Shown: positions 46,454 to 56,595, numbered from the stretch's first letter. The stretch is 64,000 bases of DNA from an uncultured Ruminococcus sp. (GCA_964624685.1 CAZUYA010000002.1:6423-70422), one strand, 5' to 3'. Program-made: numbers and translations. Notes: generated by a model from the sequence alone, not told the origin.

Positions 46454-47854
46454 TCACTTTTTTCTTTCTTGCAAAAGTTGTCTTCCGGCTCGAATCAATG
46501 CCGGTGCATTCACGGCGACCAACAATGCGGTCAAACCGACCGTCCATAAAAATCTGCCACTGACATCCCATGTCATGGCAATTGCGGAAGCACAAAGCAA
46601 CAAGATACTCACACACAACCGCGGCAAGCACCGATGAAAGCGAATCAGACGCGGTGCGTCAATCAACCGCACAACCATCACCAAAGCATAGCTTGCAAAG
46701 GTTGCCACGGCAGCTCCCAATGCTCCCATGCGCGGGATCAATAAAAAATTCAAAAAAATATTGGAACCGGCTCCCAACACAGCCGTTACAAAAGAGTGTC
46801 CGCTCTTTTTCCGTACCAAATATACACTGGCAAGGAACGAAACGATCGCTTCCAGCGCGGCGGCACAAAGCAAGGTCGGCATATATCGCCATGCTTCAAA
46901 ATACGCTTCGTTGAGCAACAACGAAGTCAAAAAACGTGATAACAAAATCAATCCCGCGGTTCCGATCATGATCACGGACAAAAATCCGCTGAATACGCGC
47001 GTATAAAATATCCCGCACGAACGATCATCCGAAGCTTCGGCAACGGCTGAAAACTGCCATGCCTGAAGAAAAATCCCGGAAATCAAATTGACAATGGTCG
47101 GGATTTTGTAAGCTGCCGAATAAATGCCGTTGATACTCTCTCCGCAAAAGTAAGTCACCATGGTACGATCGGACAAATCGGTAATCAACCAACAAATCGT
47201 CGTCGGTACCAACGGCAAACTGAATCGTAACAACTCCAACATCATACGCCGACTGATTTTGGAAAACCGAAACGTCATCCAGAGTTTGGCACGAATCCAT
47301 AGGAAGACACATGTGAAAGCATTTCCGCATACCACGGACAGCACGTATCCGGTCACACCGAGACAGAATCCGTACAAAAACAAAACATTCAATGCCACTG
47401 TCAAAACTGTGTTCAAAATTCCTTGCGCCGCAAACAAGACGGTACGGTCGATTGCCCGCAAATACTGAGACAACACTGCTTGCAGGTCGGCAAACAAGAC
47501 ATACAAAACGATCAGCCATACAAATTCTCGACAGTATTCCACCAACAAAAGTAACGGAGACAGGATCAAAAATACGCCCAAACCCAATGCCAAAAGAATC
47601 AGCGAAGATGAAAAAACCGCTTCTTTATCGGCTTCCCGCTCTGCCGCAAATCGAAAAATGCCGGTACTGACACCAACCGCCGCCAAAGGAATCAAAAAAT
47701 TGGAAAGACTGGTAATCATTTCGGCGACACCGTATTCCGCTGTGGTCAACCACGCGGTATAGAGTGGCATCAGAAAAAAAACAAGAAGCTTGGAGCCGAA
47801 TGTCCCGATGGCTAAAATCGCGGTATTGGACAGTAATTTTTTGGAACGGTTCAT
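46454..47854 (-). CDS. MOP-superfamily polysaccharide/oligosaccharide flippase (Wzx/SpoVB-like)
   Basis: About 14 TM helices. N-terminus KKLLSNTAILAIGTFGSKLLVFFLMPLYTAWLTTAEYG is typical of the polysaccharide biosynthesis protein family. Confidence 0.75.
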   Translation of the reverse strand: MNRSKKLLSNTAILAIGTFGSKLLVFFLMPLYTAWLTTAEYGVAEMITSLSNFLIPLAAVGVSTGIFRFAAEREADKEAVFSSSLILLALGLGVFLILSPLLLLVEYCREFVWLIVLYVLFADLQAVLSQYLRAIDRTVLFAAQGILNTVLTVALNVLFLYGFCLGVTGYVLSVVCGNAFTCVFLWIRAKLWMTFRFSKISRRMMLELLRFSLPLVPTTICWLITDLSDRTMVTYFCGESINGIYSAAYKIPTIVNLISGIFLQAWQFSAVAEASDDRSCGIFYTRVFSGFLSVIMIGTAGLILLSRFLTSLLLNEAYFEAWRYMPTLLCAAALEAIVSFLASVYLVRKKSGHSFVTAVLGAGSNIFLNFLLIPRMGALGAAVATFASYALVMVVRLIDAPRLIRFHRCLPRLCVSILLLCASAIAMTWDVSGRFLWTVGLTALLVAVNAPALIRAGRQLLQERKK

Positions 47855-48505
47855 TTATTTGCTTTCCCGATAACGCATCGCTGCGTCGGCTTTTCCGTCA
47901 CCCGTCGTATCCACGTACACGGTATCAATCGTACCGTCCCCATTTGTATCTGCAAAAATCCGCGCTCCCGTCTTATGCTGATGTTTACGCAACGTCAAAA
48001 ACGTGCTGACGGCATAAACCACAGTCAGAGCAATGATCACCCATCCCATGATACGCATAACCAGATCCAATGCGTTCGCCGGTCCCAAAATAATCAGGAT
48101 CACACCTAAAATCATCTTCGGCATTTCTCCTTTGAACTGCATCATATGATCTTTTGCCATCACAATCGTGACAAAGGGCAAGACGAGCAAATAGATTCCC
48201 AAAACGATCATCAAAACACTGTTATGATGAAAGATCATCATCAATCCGACAAGCGTCGCAATTGCCGATAAAACCAACGATACTTTTCCTTCCGTTGTGG
48301 CAAAGGAAGTGATACCGGCAACCAATCCGGGAACACTGTAGACAACGGTAACGATTCCGAGAATGACAAAAATCAAATTCAACAGCAATCCTGCCGGAAT
48401 TGCCAAAAGTAGGATTCCCGTAATCAATCCGGGCACCGAGAAAGCAATCGCCTGTCCCAATGCGGTCTTTGCATGCTCATCCATTTTCATAGTTGTTTCC
48501 TCCAA
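47855..48505 (-). CDS. hypothetical membrane protein with C-terminal tandem DxDxDG-like calcium-binding motifs
   Basis: Six hydrophobic helices, then ...FADTNGDGTIDTVYVDTTGDGKADAAM. Its stop abuts the flippase start. Confidence 0.55.
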   Translation of the reverse strand: MEETTMKMDEHAKTALGQAIAFSVPGLITGILLLAIPAGLLLNLIFVILGIVTVVYSVPGLVAGITSFATTEGKVSLVLSAIATLVGLMMIFHHNSVLMIVLGIYLLVLPFVTIVMAKDHMMQFKGEMPKMILGVILIILGPANALDLVMRIMGWVIIALTVVYAVSTFLTLRKHQHKTGARIFADTNGDGTIDTVYVDTTGDGKADAAMRYRESK

Positions 48506-48508
48506 AAA

Positions 48509-48979
48509 TCATTGATTTATCATGAGAGAAATCGCATCGGGATGGACATATCCTTCCGGCGATTTTCCTTCATCCAAAAGTGTACGTACCAACGTGGAAC
48601 TGATTTCGGCATGATCGTTTTTCGCATGAATCAATTCGGTGCGAAAGCGCGGATTGTGCGCTGAATTCCAATCAGCCATGTGCAATTCGTATTCGTAATC
48701 GGCATCGTTGCGCCATCCTTTGCAAACCACGTCGGCACCGAGTCGGTCAAACAAATCGATCAACATACCGCACTCGGCAACAACACGCACATTGGGCAAC
48801 TGTGCCACGGTCTTTTCGGCAATCAGCACACGCGTTTCCATGTTAAAGCGATACCGCTTGGCGCGATTGATCATAACCGCAACCACAACTTCATCATACC
48901 GTTTGGCAACTGTTTGGATCACATCCAAATGTCCCAACGTCATCGGATCAAAACTTCCAGGAACAATTGCAAGACTCAT
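48509..48979 (-). CDS. coaD: phosphopantetheine adenylyltransferase
   Basis: AIVPGSFDPMTLGHLDVIQ. About 156 aa. Confidence 0.92.
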   Translation of the reverse strand: MSLAIVPGSFDPMTLGHLDVIQTVAKRYDEVVVAVMINRAKRYRFNMETRVLIAEKTVAQLPNVRVVAECGMLIDLFDRLGADVVCKGWRNDADYEYELHMADWNSAHNPRFRTELIHAKNDHAEISSTLVRTLLDEGKSPEGYVHPDAISLMINQ

Positions 48980-49554
48980 TTTTTATTTTCCTCTTTCCAA
49001 GCCAAAATCGTCACAAATGCCGCACCGTATCGCACAGCGCGAAGCACTTCAAACCGTTGCCGTAAGACCGAATCCGACAGAAAAACATCCTCCGGCTCAG
49101 CACTTTCGCAAACGATCTTTGCCCCGTCTGCAAGTAATTGCTCGCTTTCCAACAACCGCAGAGTGTCCGGAATCAATCCTGCCGCATACGGCGGATCCAA
49201 AAAGACCAATCGAAACTGTCGTTTCCCCTTCATACGCTCCAAACAAGCGCGATGCGGCAAACAAACGATCTCACACTGCGTTAACAAATGCGTTTTTTCG
49301 GCATTGCGGCGCACAATCTCAGTTGCCTGACGGCTGTTGTCGCAAAAGACAGCCGCTCTCGCACCGCGACTGATTGCCTCCAATCCCAACTGTCCGGATC
49401 CAGCAAACAAATCCAGTACATCGGCATCGGCAAGCTCAAACTGCAACATAGAAAATACCGCTTCCTTGGTTCGTTCAGCTGTCGGTCGCGTGTGATCTCC
49501 TTCCGGCGAAACCAACCGAACGCCACGCGCCTTCCCCGTAATGATGCGCATCAT
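48976..49554 (-). CDS. rsmD: 16S rRNA (guanine966-N2)-methyltransferase RsmD
   Basis: RIITGKARGVRL, DLFAGSGQLGLEA, and the DPPY motif in VFLDPPYAAG. Confidence 0.9.
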   Translation of the reverse strand: MMRIITGKARGVRLVSPEGDHTRPTAERTKEAVFSMLQFELADADVLDLFAGSGQLGLEAISRGARAAVFCDNSRQATEIVRRNAEKTHLLTQCEIVCLPHRACLERMKGKRQFRLVFLDPPYAAGLIPDTLRLLESEQLLADGAKIVCESAEPEDVFLSDSVLRQRFEVLRAVRYGAAFVTILAWKEENKK

Positions 49555-49557
49555 GCC

Positions 49558-51417
49558 TCAAGACTCCTTCTTATCCGTTTGTTTTTGACTCAGAAAATAA
49601 GCATAAACAGCCGCTGCATCCCGTTCGGAAATCCCGGGAACATGGGAAATCTCCTCCAAAGATGCCTGTTGCAAGGTTCGCAATCCGCCGAATGCCGTCA
49701 ACAGTTTTTTCGCCTTGACTTCACCGATCCCGGCAATATTCGTCAGCACCGAAGAACGCAACGTTTTCCGTTTGGCATGTTCCATCCTGCCCACGGTATA
49801 GCGGTGTATCTCCTCCTGAATGCGATAGATCAAAGAAAAAACATCCTGCTCCCGTGCAATACTGATTTCTTCCTGTTCCGTGCAAATTGCCCGTGTTTTG
49901 TGATACTCGTCTTTGACCATCCCGAACACCGCAATATCCAATCCCTTTTCCCGCAACAAACCGCGCACTGTCGAAACATGTCCGCGTCCACCGTCCAGAA
50001 GAATTAAATCCGGCATTTTGGAAAACGAACCGTCCGAATCGGACAAATGCTCCAATCGACGGGATAAAGCTTCGTACATGGAAGCATAGTCATCTGTCCC
50101 ACTCACCGTTCGGATGCGAAAAGAACGATAATCTTCCTTCTTAAACTTTCCGTTTTCACAAACAATCATCCCCGCCGTTAAATACTCGGATCCGAAATTG
50201 GAAATATCGTATGCCTCGATCCGTTCCGGATAGTTTTCCATGCACAACAATCCCGCAAGACGCGCCAAAGTCCCCTCAGTCCGCTTGGTATCGGCTTGAT
50301 AAAGTTTTGCTTTTTCGGCTGCGTTTTTCGTAACCATATCGCACAATGTATGCAAAACACCGCGTTCCGGTACACGGATCTGTACTTTATGTCCGCACAG
50401 ACGGGCAAGGTATTCGGAGAGCATCTCCCGATCCTCTTCGCTCATCTCAAATGCCAATAAAATCTGCGGCGGAATCGTCTCCCGATTCCGATAATGTTCA
50501 CACAAAAAAGTGGTCATATCCTCATTTTCCAAAATACTGTCGGCTCCGTAAAGAAAATCTGCCTTATCCTGCAACATTCCGGATCGAATATAAAATACGG
50601 AAACACAAGAGCAGACATCGTCCGACCACAGTGCGACCACATCTTGCTCGGTCTCCGGATCTGCCACAACTTTTTGCTTTTGACTCAATTTTTCCAATGC
50701 TTGCAACGTATCTCTGCAACGTGCCGCCGCTTCATAGCGTTCTTGTTCAGCATAAGCATACATCTGCTCTTCCAGTTGCTTCTTGACATCCCGTGTTTTT
50801 CCGCTCAAAACATCTGCCGCACAACGGATTCGTTCAGCATATTCTTCCGCGCTCACATTCCCTGTACAAACCCCGCAACAACGACCGATCTGATAGTACA
50901 TACACGGACGACCGTGAGCAATATCACGCGGAAATACGCGCGAACAAGTGGGCAGTTGAAAGCTGTGGGAAATCCATTCCAACAGTGCATATGCCGTACC
51001 GGAACCGGAATACGGACCGAAATACTTGGCTTTATCGCTTTCACGGCGGCGTGTGAAAAGGAATCGCGGATAGTCACCACCTGTCAGCTTAATGTAGGGA
51101 TAGGATTTTGCATCTTTGAGTCGAATATTATATTTAGGCGAATACTGTTTGATCAACGTATTCTCCAAAGACAAAGCTTCCATCTCATTGTCGCAAAGAT
51201 AGTAATCGAACTCATAAACCGAAGCAACCATGCGCGCTGTTTTAACGTTTTTTTCTCCGTTTTGAAAATATTGCGATACACGATTCTTCAATTTGCGCGA
51301 TTTTCCGACATAGATCACCTTGCCGTTTCTGTCCCGCATGATATAAACACCCGAACACAGCGGAAGTGCATTCGCTTTTTCCAACAATTCGGCTCTACGC
51401 TTCTCACTTTGCGGCAT
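49558..51417 (-). CDS. uvrC: excinuclease ABC subunit C
   Basis: GIY-YIG motif (SGVYIMRD...VIYVGKS), UVR domain, and C-terminal HhH (IAGIGEVKAKKLL). Start set at MPQSEKR. Confidence 0.92.
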   Translation of the reverse strand: MPQSEKRRAELLEKANALPLCSGVYIMRDRNGKVIYVGKSRKLKNRVSQYFQNGEKNVKTARMVASVYEFDYYLCDNEMEALSLENTLIKQYSPKYNIRLKDAKSYPYIKLTGGDYPRFLFTRRRESDKAKYFGPYSGSGTAYALLEWISHSFQLPTCSRVFPRDIAHGRPCMYYQIGRCCGVCTGNVSAEEYAERIRCAADVLSGKTRDVKKQLEEQMYAYAEQERYEAAARCRDTLQALEKLSQKQKVVADPETEQDVVALWSDDVCSCVSVFYIRSGMLQDKADFLYGADSILENEDMTTFLCEHYRNRETIPPQILLAFEMSEEDREMLSEYLARLCGHKVQIRVPERGVLHTLCDMVTKNAAEKAKLYQADTKRTEGTLARLAGLLCMENYPERIEAYDISNFGSEYLTAGMIVCENGKFKKEDYRSFRIRTVSGTDDYASMYEALSRRLEHLSDSDGSFSKMPDLILLDGGRGHVSTVRGLLREKGLDIAVFGMVKDEYHKTRAICTEQEEISIAREQDVFSLIYRIQEEIHRYTVGRMEHAKRKTLRSSVLTNIAGIGEVKAKKLLTAFGGLRTLQQASLEEISHVPGISERDAAAVYAYFLSQKQTDKKES

Positions 51418-51509
51418 TTCTGACCCCCATCCCAAATAAAAACGGCGTGCATTGCAGAATTGTGTCATTCCGCCGACGCACACCGCCTATGCCTACTTTT
51501 ACTCCATCA

Positions 51510-51776
51510 TCAGGCTTCCGAAAAGCCGCTTTCAGCCAATTCAGCCAAACCCGCAAGTGCAGCGTCCTCATCCTGACCGTCTGCCAGCAACGTTACGGTC
51601 ATATCTTTGGCAATTCCAAGAGACAAGACTCCCAACAGGCTTTTTGCATTCACTCTTCTGTCATCCTTTTCAATCCAAATCGACGCTTTGTAAGTATTTG
51701 CCTTTTGAATAAAAAACGTCGCCGGTCTTGCATGTAAGCCACTGGCATTGGTAATAACGATGTCACGTGAAATCAT
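51510..51776 (-). CDS. ptsH: phosphocarrier protein HPr
   Basis: MISRDIVITNASGLHARPA (His15 context) and KSLLGVLSLG (Ser46 context). Start set at the ATG preceded by an AGGGAG SD. Confidence 0.9.
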   Translation of the reverse strand: MISRDIVITNASGLHARPATFFIQKANTYKASIWIEKDDRRVNAKSLLGVLSLGIAKDMTVTLLADGQDEDAALAGLAELAESGFSEA

Positions 51777-51851
51777 ATGCGTTCGCTCCCTATCTTCAAA
51801 ATGAACTTTATCCGTAAAAGACACACGGATATAAGATTTACGATTATATAT

Positions 51852-51880
51852 AGTATATCAAAAAATGCGAATAATTTCAA
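51852..51880 (-). promoter_or_regulatory. sigma-A-type promoter for ptsH
   Basis: Minus strand TTGAAA, 17-nt spacer, TATACT with TGa. Confidence 0.65.
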
Positions 51881-51947
51881 TAGGCAAACTATAGGATTTT
51901 TACGGTTTCTTTCCCGCGTTTTCGTGCAAAATAGATACAAAATTCCA

Positions 51948-52445
51948 TCATAGAGGTTCTTTTTTCCCGTTTTCACGCTCGATTCGCCGTATTTCGCGCA
52001 CCAATGCGCGAACATAAGCACGGTCGGAATAGCATTCGATCGTCTGCCCTTTCAAAACAGCGGTTCTTCCCGAAATCAAAAATCCGCTTGTGCGATCCGT
52101 CCCTTCAACCTCCACCGTCAAAGTGACATCCACTCTGCTTCCGTCTTCCCACCGTCCTTCGTACAGTGTTCCGTTTTCCTCCAAACAAACCTTTGCCGGT
52201 ACCGACGATAGTTGCCGTAACGTACCGAACTGCTCTCCTCCGGCGTTATAAAACGGTTCGCCGACGGTCAACATGTCAGCTGTTTCTGCATCCACGTTTC
52301 GCATCAGCAGAACAATTTCAGCCGTTTGCAACACATCCTCATCGGTACTGTGCAATGCTCGATGACGCAAACAAATCCCAAGGATTGAAAAAACCAACAT
52401 CAAAATCAAACACAGATCAATCGGATTCAAAAAACGCCGCCGCAT
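51948..52445 (-). CDS. DUF4330-like single-pass membrane protein (paralog 2)
   Basis: Start at MRRRFLNPIDLCLILMLVFSILG, an N-terminal anchor, followed by a beta-rich domain. The ATG lies 1 nt after the upstream stop. Confidence 0.55.
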   Translation of the reverse strand: MRRRFLNPIDLCLILMLVFSILGICLRHRALHSTDEDVLQTAEIVLLMRNVDAETADMLTVGEPFYNAGGEQFGTLRQLSSVPAKVCLEENGTLYEGRWEDGSRVDVTLTVEVEGTDRTSGFLISGRTAVLKGQTIECYSDRAYVRALVREIRRIERENGKKEPL

Positions 52446-52446
52446 C

Positions 52447-52941
52447 TCACTCAGCTCCCTCCTCTTGTACATCAATGATAACGGCATACGGAATATACCA
52501 ATCCCCGATCCGAAACGCTCCTCCGCATCCTGCCGCAATCCGTACATCCGACAGACGCAAACCGTCGCCGGGTGAAAACGAACCCGTTCCCTGGATCGTA
52601 ACATCCATATCCGTATGTCCGATCCACTCGGTAATCAGAATTTTTCCATCCGAAATCACCGCCCGTCGGTGCGGACGTTGCCGAACATCCGTTACAATCC
52701 CCAGTGTCGCTGTTCCGTTTTGTGATCTGACTTCACACCCGACAGGAAATGCCGCTGTTTCCGATGACGTAAACAAGCCGGGATCCACATCGGAAATGCG
52801 AATGGTATAGCGCAATTCCACACTGGGATTTTTTATCCGGTATTGCTTCACCGCATACCAAATTCCGATCCCGCAAACCAAGATTGCCCCCAGCAAACAC
52901 CAATCAACAACCGAAAAGATTCTTCTTTTTTTCTCTGTCAC
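52447..52941 (-). CDS. DUF4330-like single-pass membrane protein (paralog 1)
   Basis: GTG start overlaps the upstream TGA (GTGA), with GGAGG 6 nt upstream. Anchor sequence is FSVVDWCLLGAILVCGIGIWY. Confidence 0.55.
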   Translation of the reverse strand: MTEKKRRIFSVVDWCLLGAILVCGIGIWYAVKQYRIKNPSVELRYTIRISDVDPGLFTSSETAAFPVGCEVRSQNGTATLGIVTDVRQRPHRRAVISDGKILITEWIGHTDMDVTIQGTGSFSPGDGLRLSDVRIAAGCGGAFRIGDWYIPYAVIIDVQEEGAE

Positions 52942-54764
52942 ACCATTGCCTCCCCATGTACCGTAGTCAAAGCACAGGTCATAAAAAACAGACCGATCAT
53001 CCCCGCACAGTACCACAAATGATCAAACAATCCCATGACCAGCACACCGCACAAAGCATACAGGCTCCCCAGACTGTGTCCATATACCGTGCAACGCAAA
53101 AAAAGCAGCCCCAACATCATGAGAAAAACCAATAACCCGAATCCGCCCAATTCAACGGCAATTTGCAAAAAGATCTGATGGGCATGCATCACCGATTCGA
53201 TTCCGCTGAAGGCATATTGCGGATAAACCGCAAAAAAAGCCTCCGATCCGACACCGATACCATAGGGATGTTCCGAAATCATCCGCAAAACGCCGCGCCA
53301 TGTGTACAGACGATAGCGGACGGAAGACTCCCCCAACTGACCGATGCTCGCAAATCTGCGAAAAACGGTGGGCGGTAACCACGACACGGCAAAAGCCGCC
53401 AACGGTAACAGAAAACATCCGAAAGCAAAAGTAGAGCGACTGTGAAAAGCAAAGAACAGGAACAGTTCCAATATCATACCGAGCCATGCGCCGCGCGTCC
53501 AAGTTAAAACCGTACACATACAGATCATTCCCGCAACCCATGCAAATAACAATCGTCTTCCAAATGATTCTTGTCGATCAAAGCAACCGCATAATGCCAT
53601 TGGCAATTGAAATAACAGATAAATTGCCAAAATATTCGGATTCTGAAAAAAGCCGGTCACACGTCCGCCAATATCCGAAAAACGCGCCGCATCCACCCAT
53701 TTCGGTTCCATGCTTCCGAAAAAATATTGGAGAATGCCGTATCCGGAACAGAAAAAAGCAGCCGCTAAAGATGCCGAACGCAACCGCCGCCTCCATAACG
53801 CATGCACAAGCAAAGATTTGGTCGGAAAATACACGCTCGCCAACAAGCATGCACACAAACCGTCCCGTGCAGATCCCCATCCGACAATTCCGCCAAACGC
53901 CAACAACAGGCAAAACAACAGAACAAAAAAATCAACAATTTCAAAGTGAAAAAGCCGTCTCCCGCAAAACAACTTGGCTCCCCATGTCAAATCGGTCAAA
54001 AGAACCGCAAAACACAGAATCACAGTCGGATGAGAGAAGCTGTGCAAAAAAGGAAATATCCCTACAATCAGAACCAAATTCCATTCCGGAACGGCAACCA
54101 AAAGCTTCAAAAGCAAAAATCCCAACAATCCGCAACAACAGTACAGAGGGGAAACCTTCCATGCCGCAACACAAAAAACAAACACGCAAAGCAAGCATCC
54201 GAAAAAGCCGATCCAATGCGCGCATTTTCGTTTTTCAGACAGATCGGAAAATCTTTCAAAAGAGATTTCGCAGGTATCGTACAAAACGAATCGGATCCAT
54301 CGGCTGTTCCGTACAACGGAAAACAACTGACCGCCGGAAAAGAGAAACGGCAAGGAAGCCGCAAGCAAGCCAAAAGAGGCAATCCACTGTCCCATATCGG
54401 AAACCAATCGAGGATGATACCGGGTAACTGCTGCAGATCCGATTCCGCACAAGAACAGAAATGCACCTACCAAAAAGCTGTCTCCCAAAAGAAATCGTTC
54501 TTGCAAAGTTTCGGATATCCGCATCGCAAGACTCTGCTCGCGGATCAGCATCCCCGTGCGATGAAATCGAAACCTCCAACCGTTGCGATCGTAGCCGTTG
54601 TCAAACAATCGAATCCGACGTGCGGCACTTCCGCATTGCTCGATTTTTATATAACAAGCACGGAGGACGGTCAAAACGGTACAGGTAGCAAAAGCCAAGC
54701 GCAAACGGTCGGCAAGTTCCGTCGCATTGCTCCAAAGGAGGCTTTTTCTCCCTTTGTTAAACAT
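52938..54764 (-). CDS. large O-antigen ligase/polymerase-like (Wzy_C) membrane protein
   Basis: 608 aa with at least 12 TM helices and a Wzy_C-like block LTWTRGAWLGMILELFLFF. GGAGGA SD before the ATG at 54764. Confidence 0.55.
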   Translation of the reverse strand: MFNKGRKSLLWSNATELADRLRLAFATCTVLTVLRACYIKIEQCGSAARRIRLFDNGYDRNGWRFRFHRTGMLIREQSLAMRISETLQERFLLGDSFLVGAFLFLCGIGSAAVTRYHPRLVSDMGQWIASFGLLAASLPFLFSGGQLFSVVRNSRWIRFVLYDTCEISFERFSDLSEKRKCAHWIGFFGCLLCVFVFCVAAWKVSPLYCCCGLLGFLLLKLLVAVPEWNLVLIVGIFPFLHSFSHPTVILCFAVLLTDLTWGAKLFCGRRLFHFEIVDFFVLLFCLLLAFGGIVGWGSARDGLCACLLASVYFPTKSLLVHALWRRRLRSASLAAAFFCSGYGILQYFFGSMEPKWVDAARFSDIGGRVTGFFQNPNILAIYLLFQLPMALCGCFDRQESFGRRLLFAWVAGMICMCTVLTWTRGAWLGMILELFLFFAFHSRSTFAFGCFLLPLAAFAVSWLPPTVFRRFASIGQLGESSVRYRLYTWRGVLRMISEHPYGIGVGSEAFFAVYPQYAFSGIESVMHAHQIFLQIAVELGGFGLLVFLMMLGLLFLRCTVYGHSLGSLYALCGVLVMGLFDHLWYCAGMIGLFFMTCALTTVHGEAMV

Positions 54765-54811
54765 AAAAAATCCTCCTACATTCTTGATAAGATGTAAAAG
54801 GATTTTTCAAA

Positions 54812-55510
54812 TCATTTCAGTAAATCGGGGCGCAAACGCTCGGTCAAAGCTCTTGCCTGTTCTTCCCTCCAACGATCGATGTTGGCATGATGACCGGAGA
54901 GCAACACTTCCGGTACTTTGACACCGTGAAACTCGTAAGGACGTGTATATTGCGGATATTCCAGCAAACCGGAGGAAATGCTCTCTTTTTCGTAACACTC
55001 GGCATCGGACAGAACACCGTCCACCAAACGTGCCACACAATCGGTCAAAATGCACGCGGGAATCTCTCCTCCCGTTAATACAAAATCTCCGATGGAAATT
55101 TCTTCATCCACAATTTCGTCCACGATCCGACGATCCACTCCTTCATAATGTCCGCACAGTAAAATCAAATTATCATAATCGCGCGCCAACTCTGCAGCAC
55201 GTGCTTGTGTCAGAATCCGACCTGTCGGAGAAAGGTAGATGACTCGGCGACGGTCGGTTACAAAATTTTCTTCTGCCTGATCGCGCAAGATTGCGGTATA
55301 ACAACGAAAGATCGGCGGTGCCATCATCAACATCCCTTTTCCGCCGCCGTAAGGGGTATCATCCACGCGGTGATGCTTGTCCTCGGAATAATCCCGAATG
55401 TTGTGTGTCAACACCGTAATGGCACCGCTTTTTTGCGCACGTCCGATGATACTTTCTCCCAACACAGTCTCAACCAGATCGGGAAACAATGTCATAATGT
55501 CAAACCGCAT
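54812..55510 (-). CDS. trmD: tRNA (guanine37-N1)-methyltransferase TrmD
   Basis: MRFDIMTLFPDL... and VDDTPYGGGKGMLM, with an SPOUT knot region. Start set at MRFDIM. Confidence 0.92.
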   Translation of the reverse strand: MRFDIMTLFPDLVETVLGESIIGRAQKSGAITVLTHNIRDYSEDKHHRVDDTPYGGGKGMLMMAPPIFRCYTAILRDQAEENFVTDRRRVIYLSPTGRILTQARAAELARDYDNLILLCGHYEGVDRRIVDEIVDEEISIGDFVLTGGEIPACILTDCVARLVDGVLSDAECYEKESISSGLLEYPQYTRPYEFHGVKVPEVLLSGHHANIDRWREEQARALTERLRPDLLK

Positions 55511-56030
55511 GTTCTGCCTCCCCACCATCCAACAAACCGGGAATCGGTCTAAGATAGATCGCATCTTCCGGATCGATGCGTACCAAAAATTCCGGAACAG
55601 CCGGAATCAACGCTTCCCCCGTTTGGGTTTGAACAACATACAGATCCCGTGCGCCGCTCGTATTGACATCGGTCAAAACGCCAAGCGTCTCCCCACTGTC
55701 GGCATGACGCACGGGCAAGCCGAGCAGATCGGAAATAAAATAACTGCCATCCGAAATCGGCAATTCCTCGCGTGCGGCATAAACTTCGGTACCGCGCAAT
55801 CGGGTTGCCTGTTCCTCGTTCGACACACCTTCCAGATTCATCAATACAAACTGCTTAAAAACGGAAGCATGCGATACATGGCGCGGAACATAAACTCCGT
55901 CCGTTAAAAAGTAGATGGTTGTTAAACCCGCCAAAATTTCCGGAGAATCACACCAAGATTCCAATTTGACCGTCCCGCGAAACCCGTGGGTATTGATAAT
56001 TTTACCGCAAGGCAAATACGGAAGCTTCAT
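55500..56030 (-). CDS. rimM: 16S rRNA processing protein RimM
   Basis: LPCGKIINTHGFRGTVKLESW and a PRC-barrel C-terminus. Start set at MKLPYL after a GGAGC SD. Confidence 0.88.
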   Translation of the reverse strand: MKLPYLPCGKIINTHGFRGTVKLESWCDSPEILAGLTTIYFLTDGVYVPRHVSHASVFKQFVLMNLEGVSNEEQATRLRGTEVYAAREELPISDGSYFISDLLGLPVRHADSGETLGVLTDVNTSGARDLYVVQTQTGEALIPAVPEFLVRIDPEDAIYLRPIPGLLDGGEAEHAV

Positions 56031-56172
56031 AAATAAAAAGCTCCTTTCCTCATATTGCTTATAGTATATCATATATCTCAAAAAAATGCAAGAGAACCCT
56101 TCTGTTTTTCTTGCTTTTTTCTTCCAAAAGTAATTTTTTTGCCATCTTTTCAAAATATTTACAAATTAGGGC

Positions 56173-56209
56173 TTGTATATTGATTTGCAAACCGTTATAA
56201 TGTTATAAT
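56173..56209 (+). promoter_or_regulatory. promoter region for yajC
   Basis: TTGTAT, 17-nt spacer, TATAAT. A second TGtTATAAT lies 8 nt downstream. Confidence 0.5.
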
Positions 56210-56241
56210 AAAAAGATTTATATAAACGGAGGTTTTGAAAA

Positions 56242-56514
56242 ATGGATATTACATTTCTGATTATGATGGTCGTCATTTTGGTGGCAATGTACTTTTTTAT
56301 GATCCGCCCCCAAAGGAAACAGGAAAAAGAGCAAAACGCCATGCGCAACAATTTGGAAGTCGGTGATGAAATCACGACCATCGGCGGAATCATCGGGAAA
56401 GTGGTCAGCATCAAAGATGAAACTTGCGTCATTGAGACCACGCATGAGCGTACCAAAATCCGTATTCTGAAGACCGCGATCAATCGTGTGGATGTCAAGG
56501 CTTCGGATCTTTGA
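56242..56514 (+). CDS. yajC: preprotein translocase subunit YajC
   Basis: ILVAMYFFMIRPQRKQEKE and VGDEITTIGGIIGKVVSI. Confidence 0.9.
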   Translation: MDITFLIMMVVILVAMYFFMIRPQRKQEKEQNAMRNNLEVGDEITTIGGIIGKVVSIKDETCVIETTHERTKIRILKTAINRVDVKASDL

Positions 56515-56546
56515 GCTTAAAAATTCTATCTGTCGGTCATAAAAAG

Positions 56547-56595
56547 CCTCTGTTCGGAATAGATTGAAACAACATCTTCCGAACGGAGGTTTTTT
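56547..56595 (+). terminator. intrinsic terminator/attenuator whose 3' arm contains the next gene's SD
   Basis: 13-bp stem cctctgttcggaa/ttccgaacggagg with one G-U pair. It is followed by TTTTTT and directly by the ATG at 56596. Confidence 0.55.
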
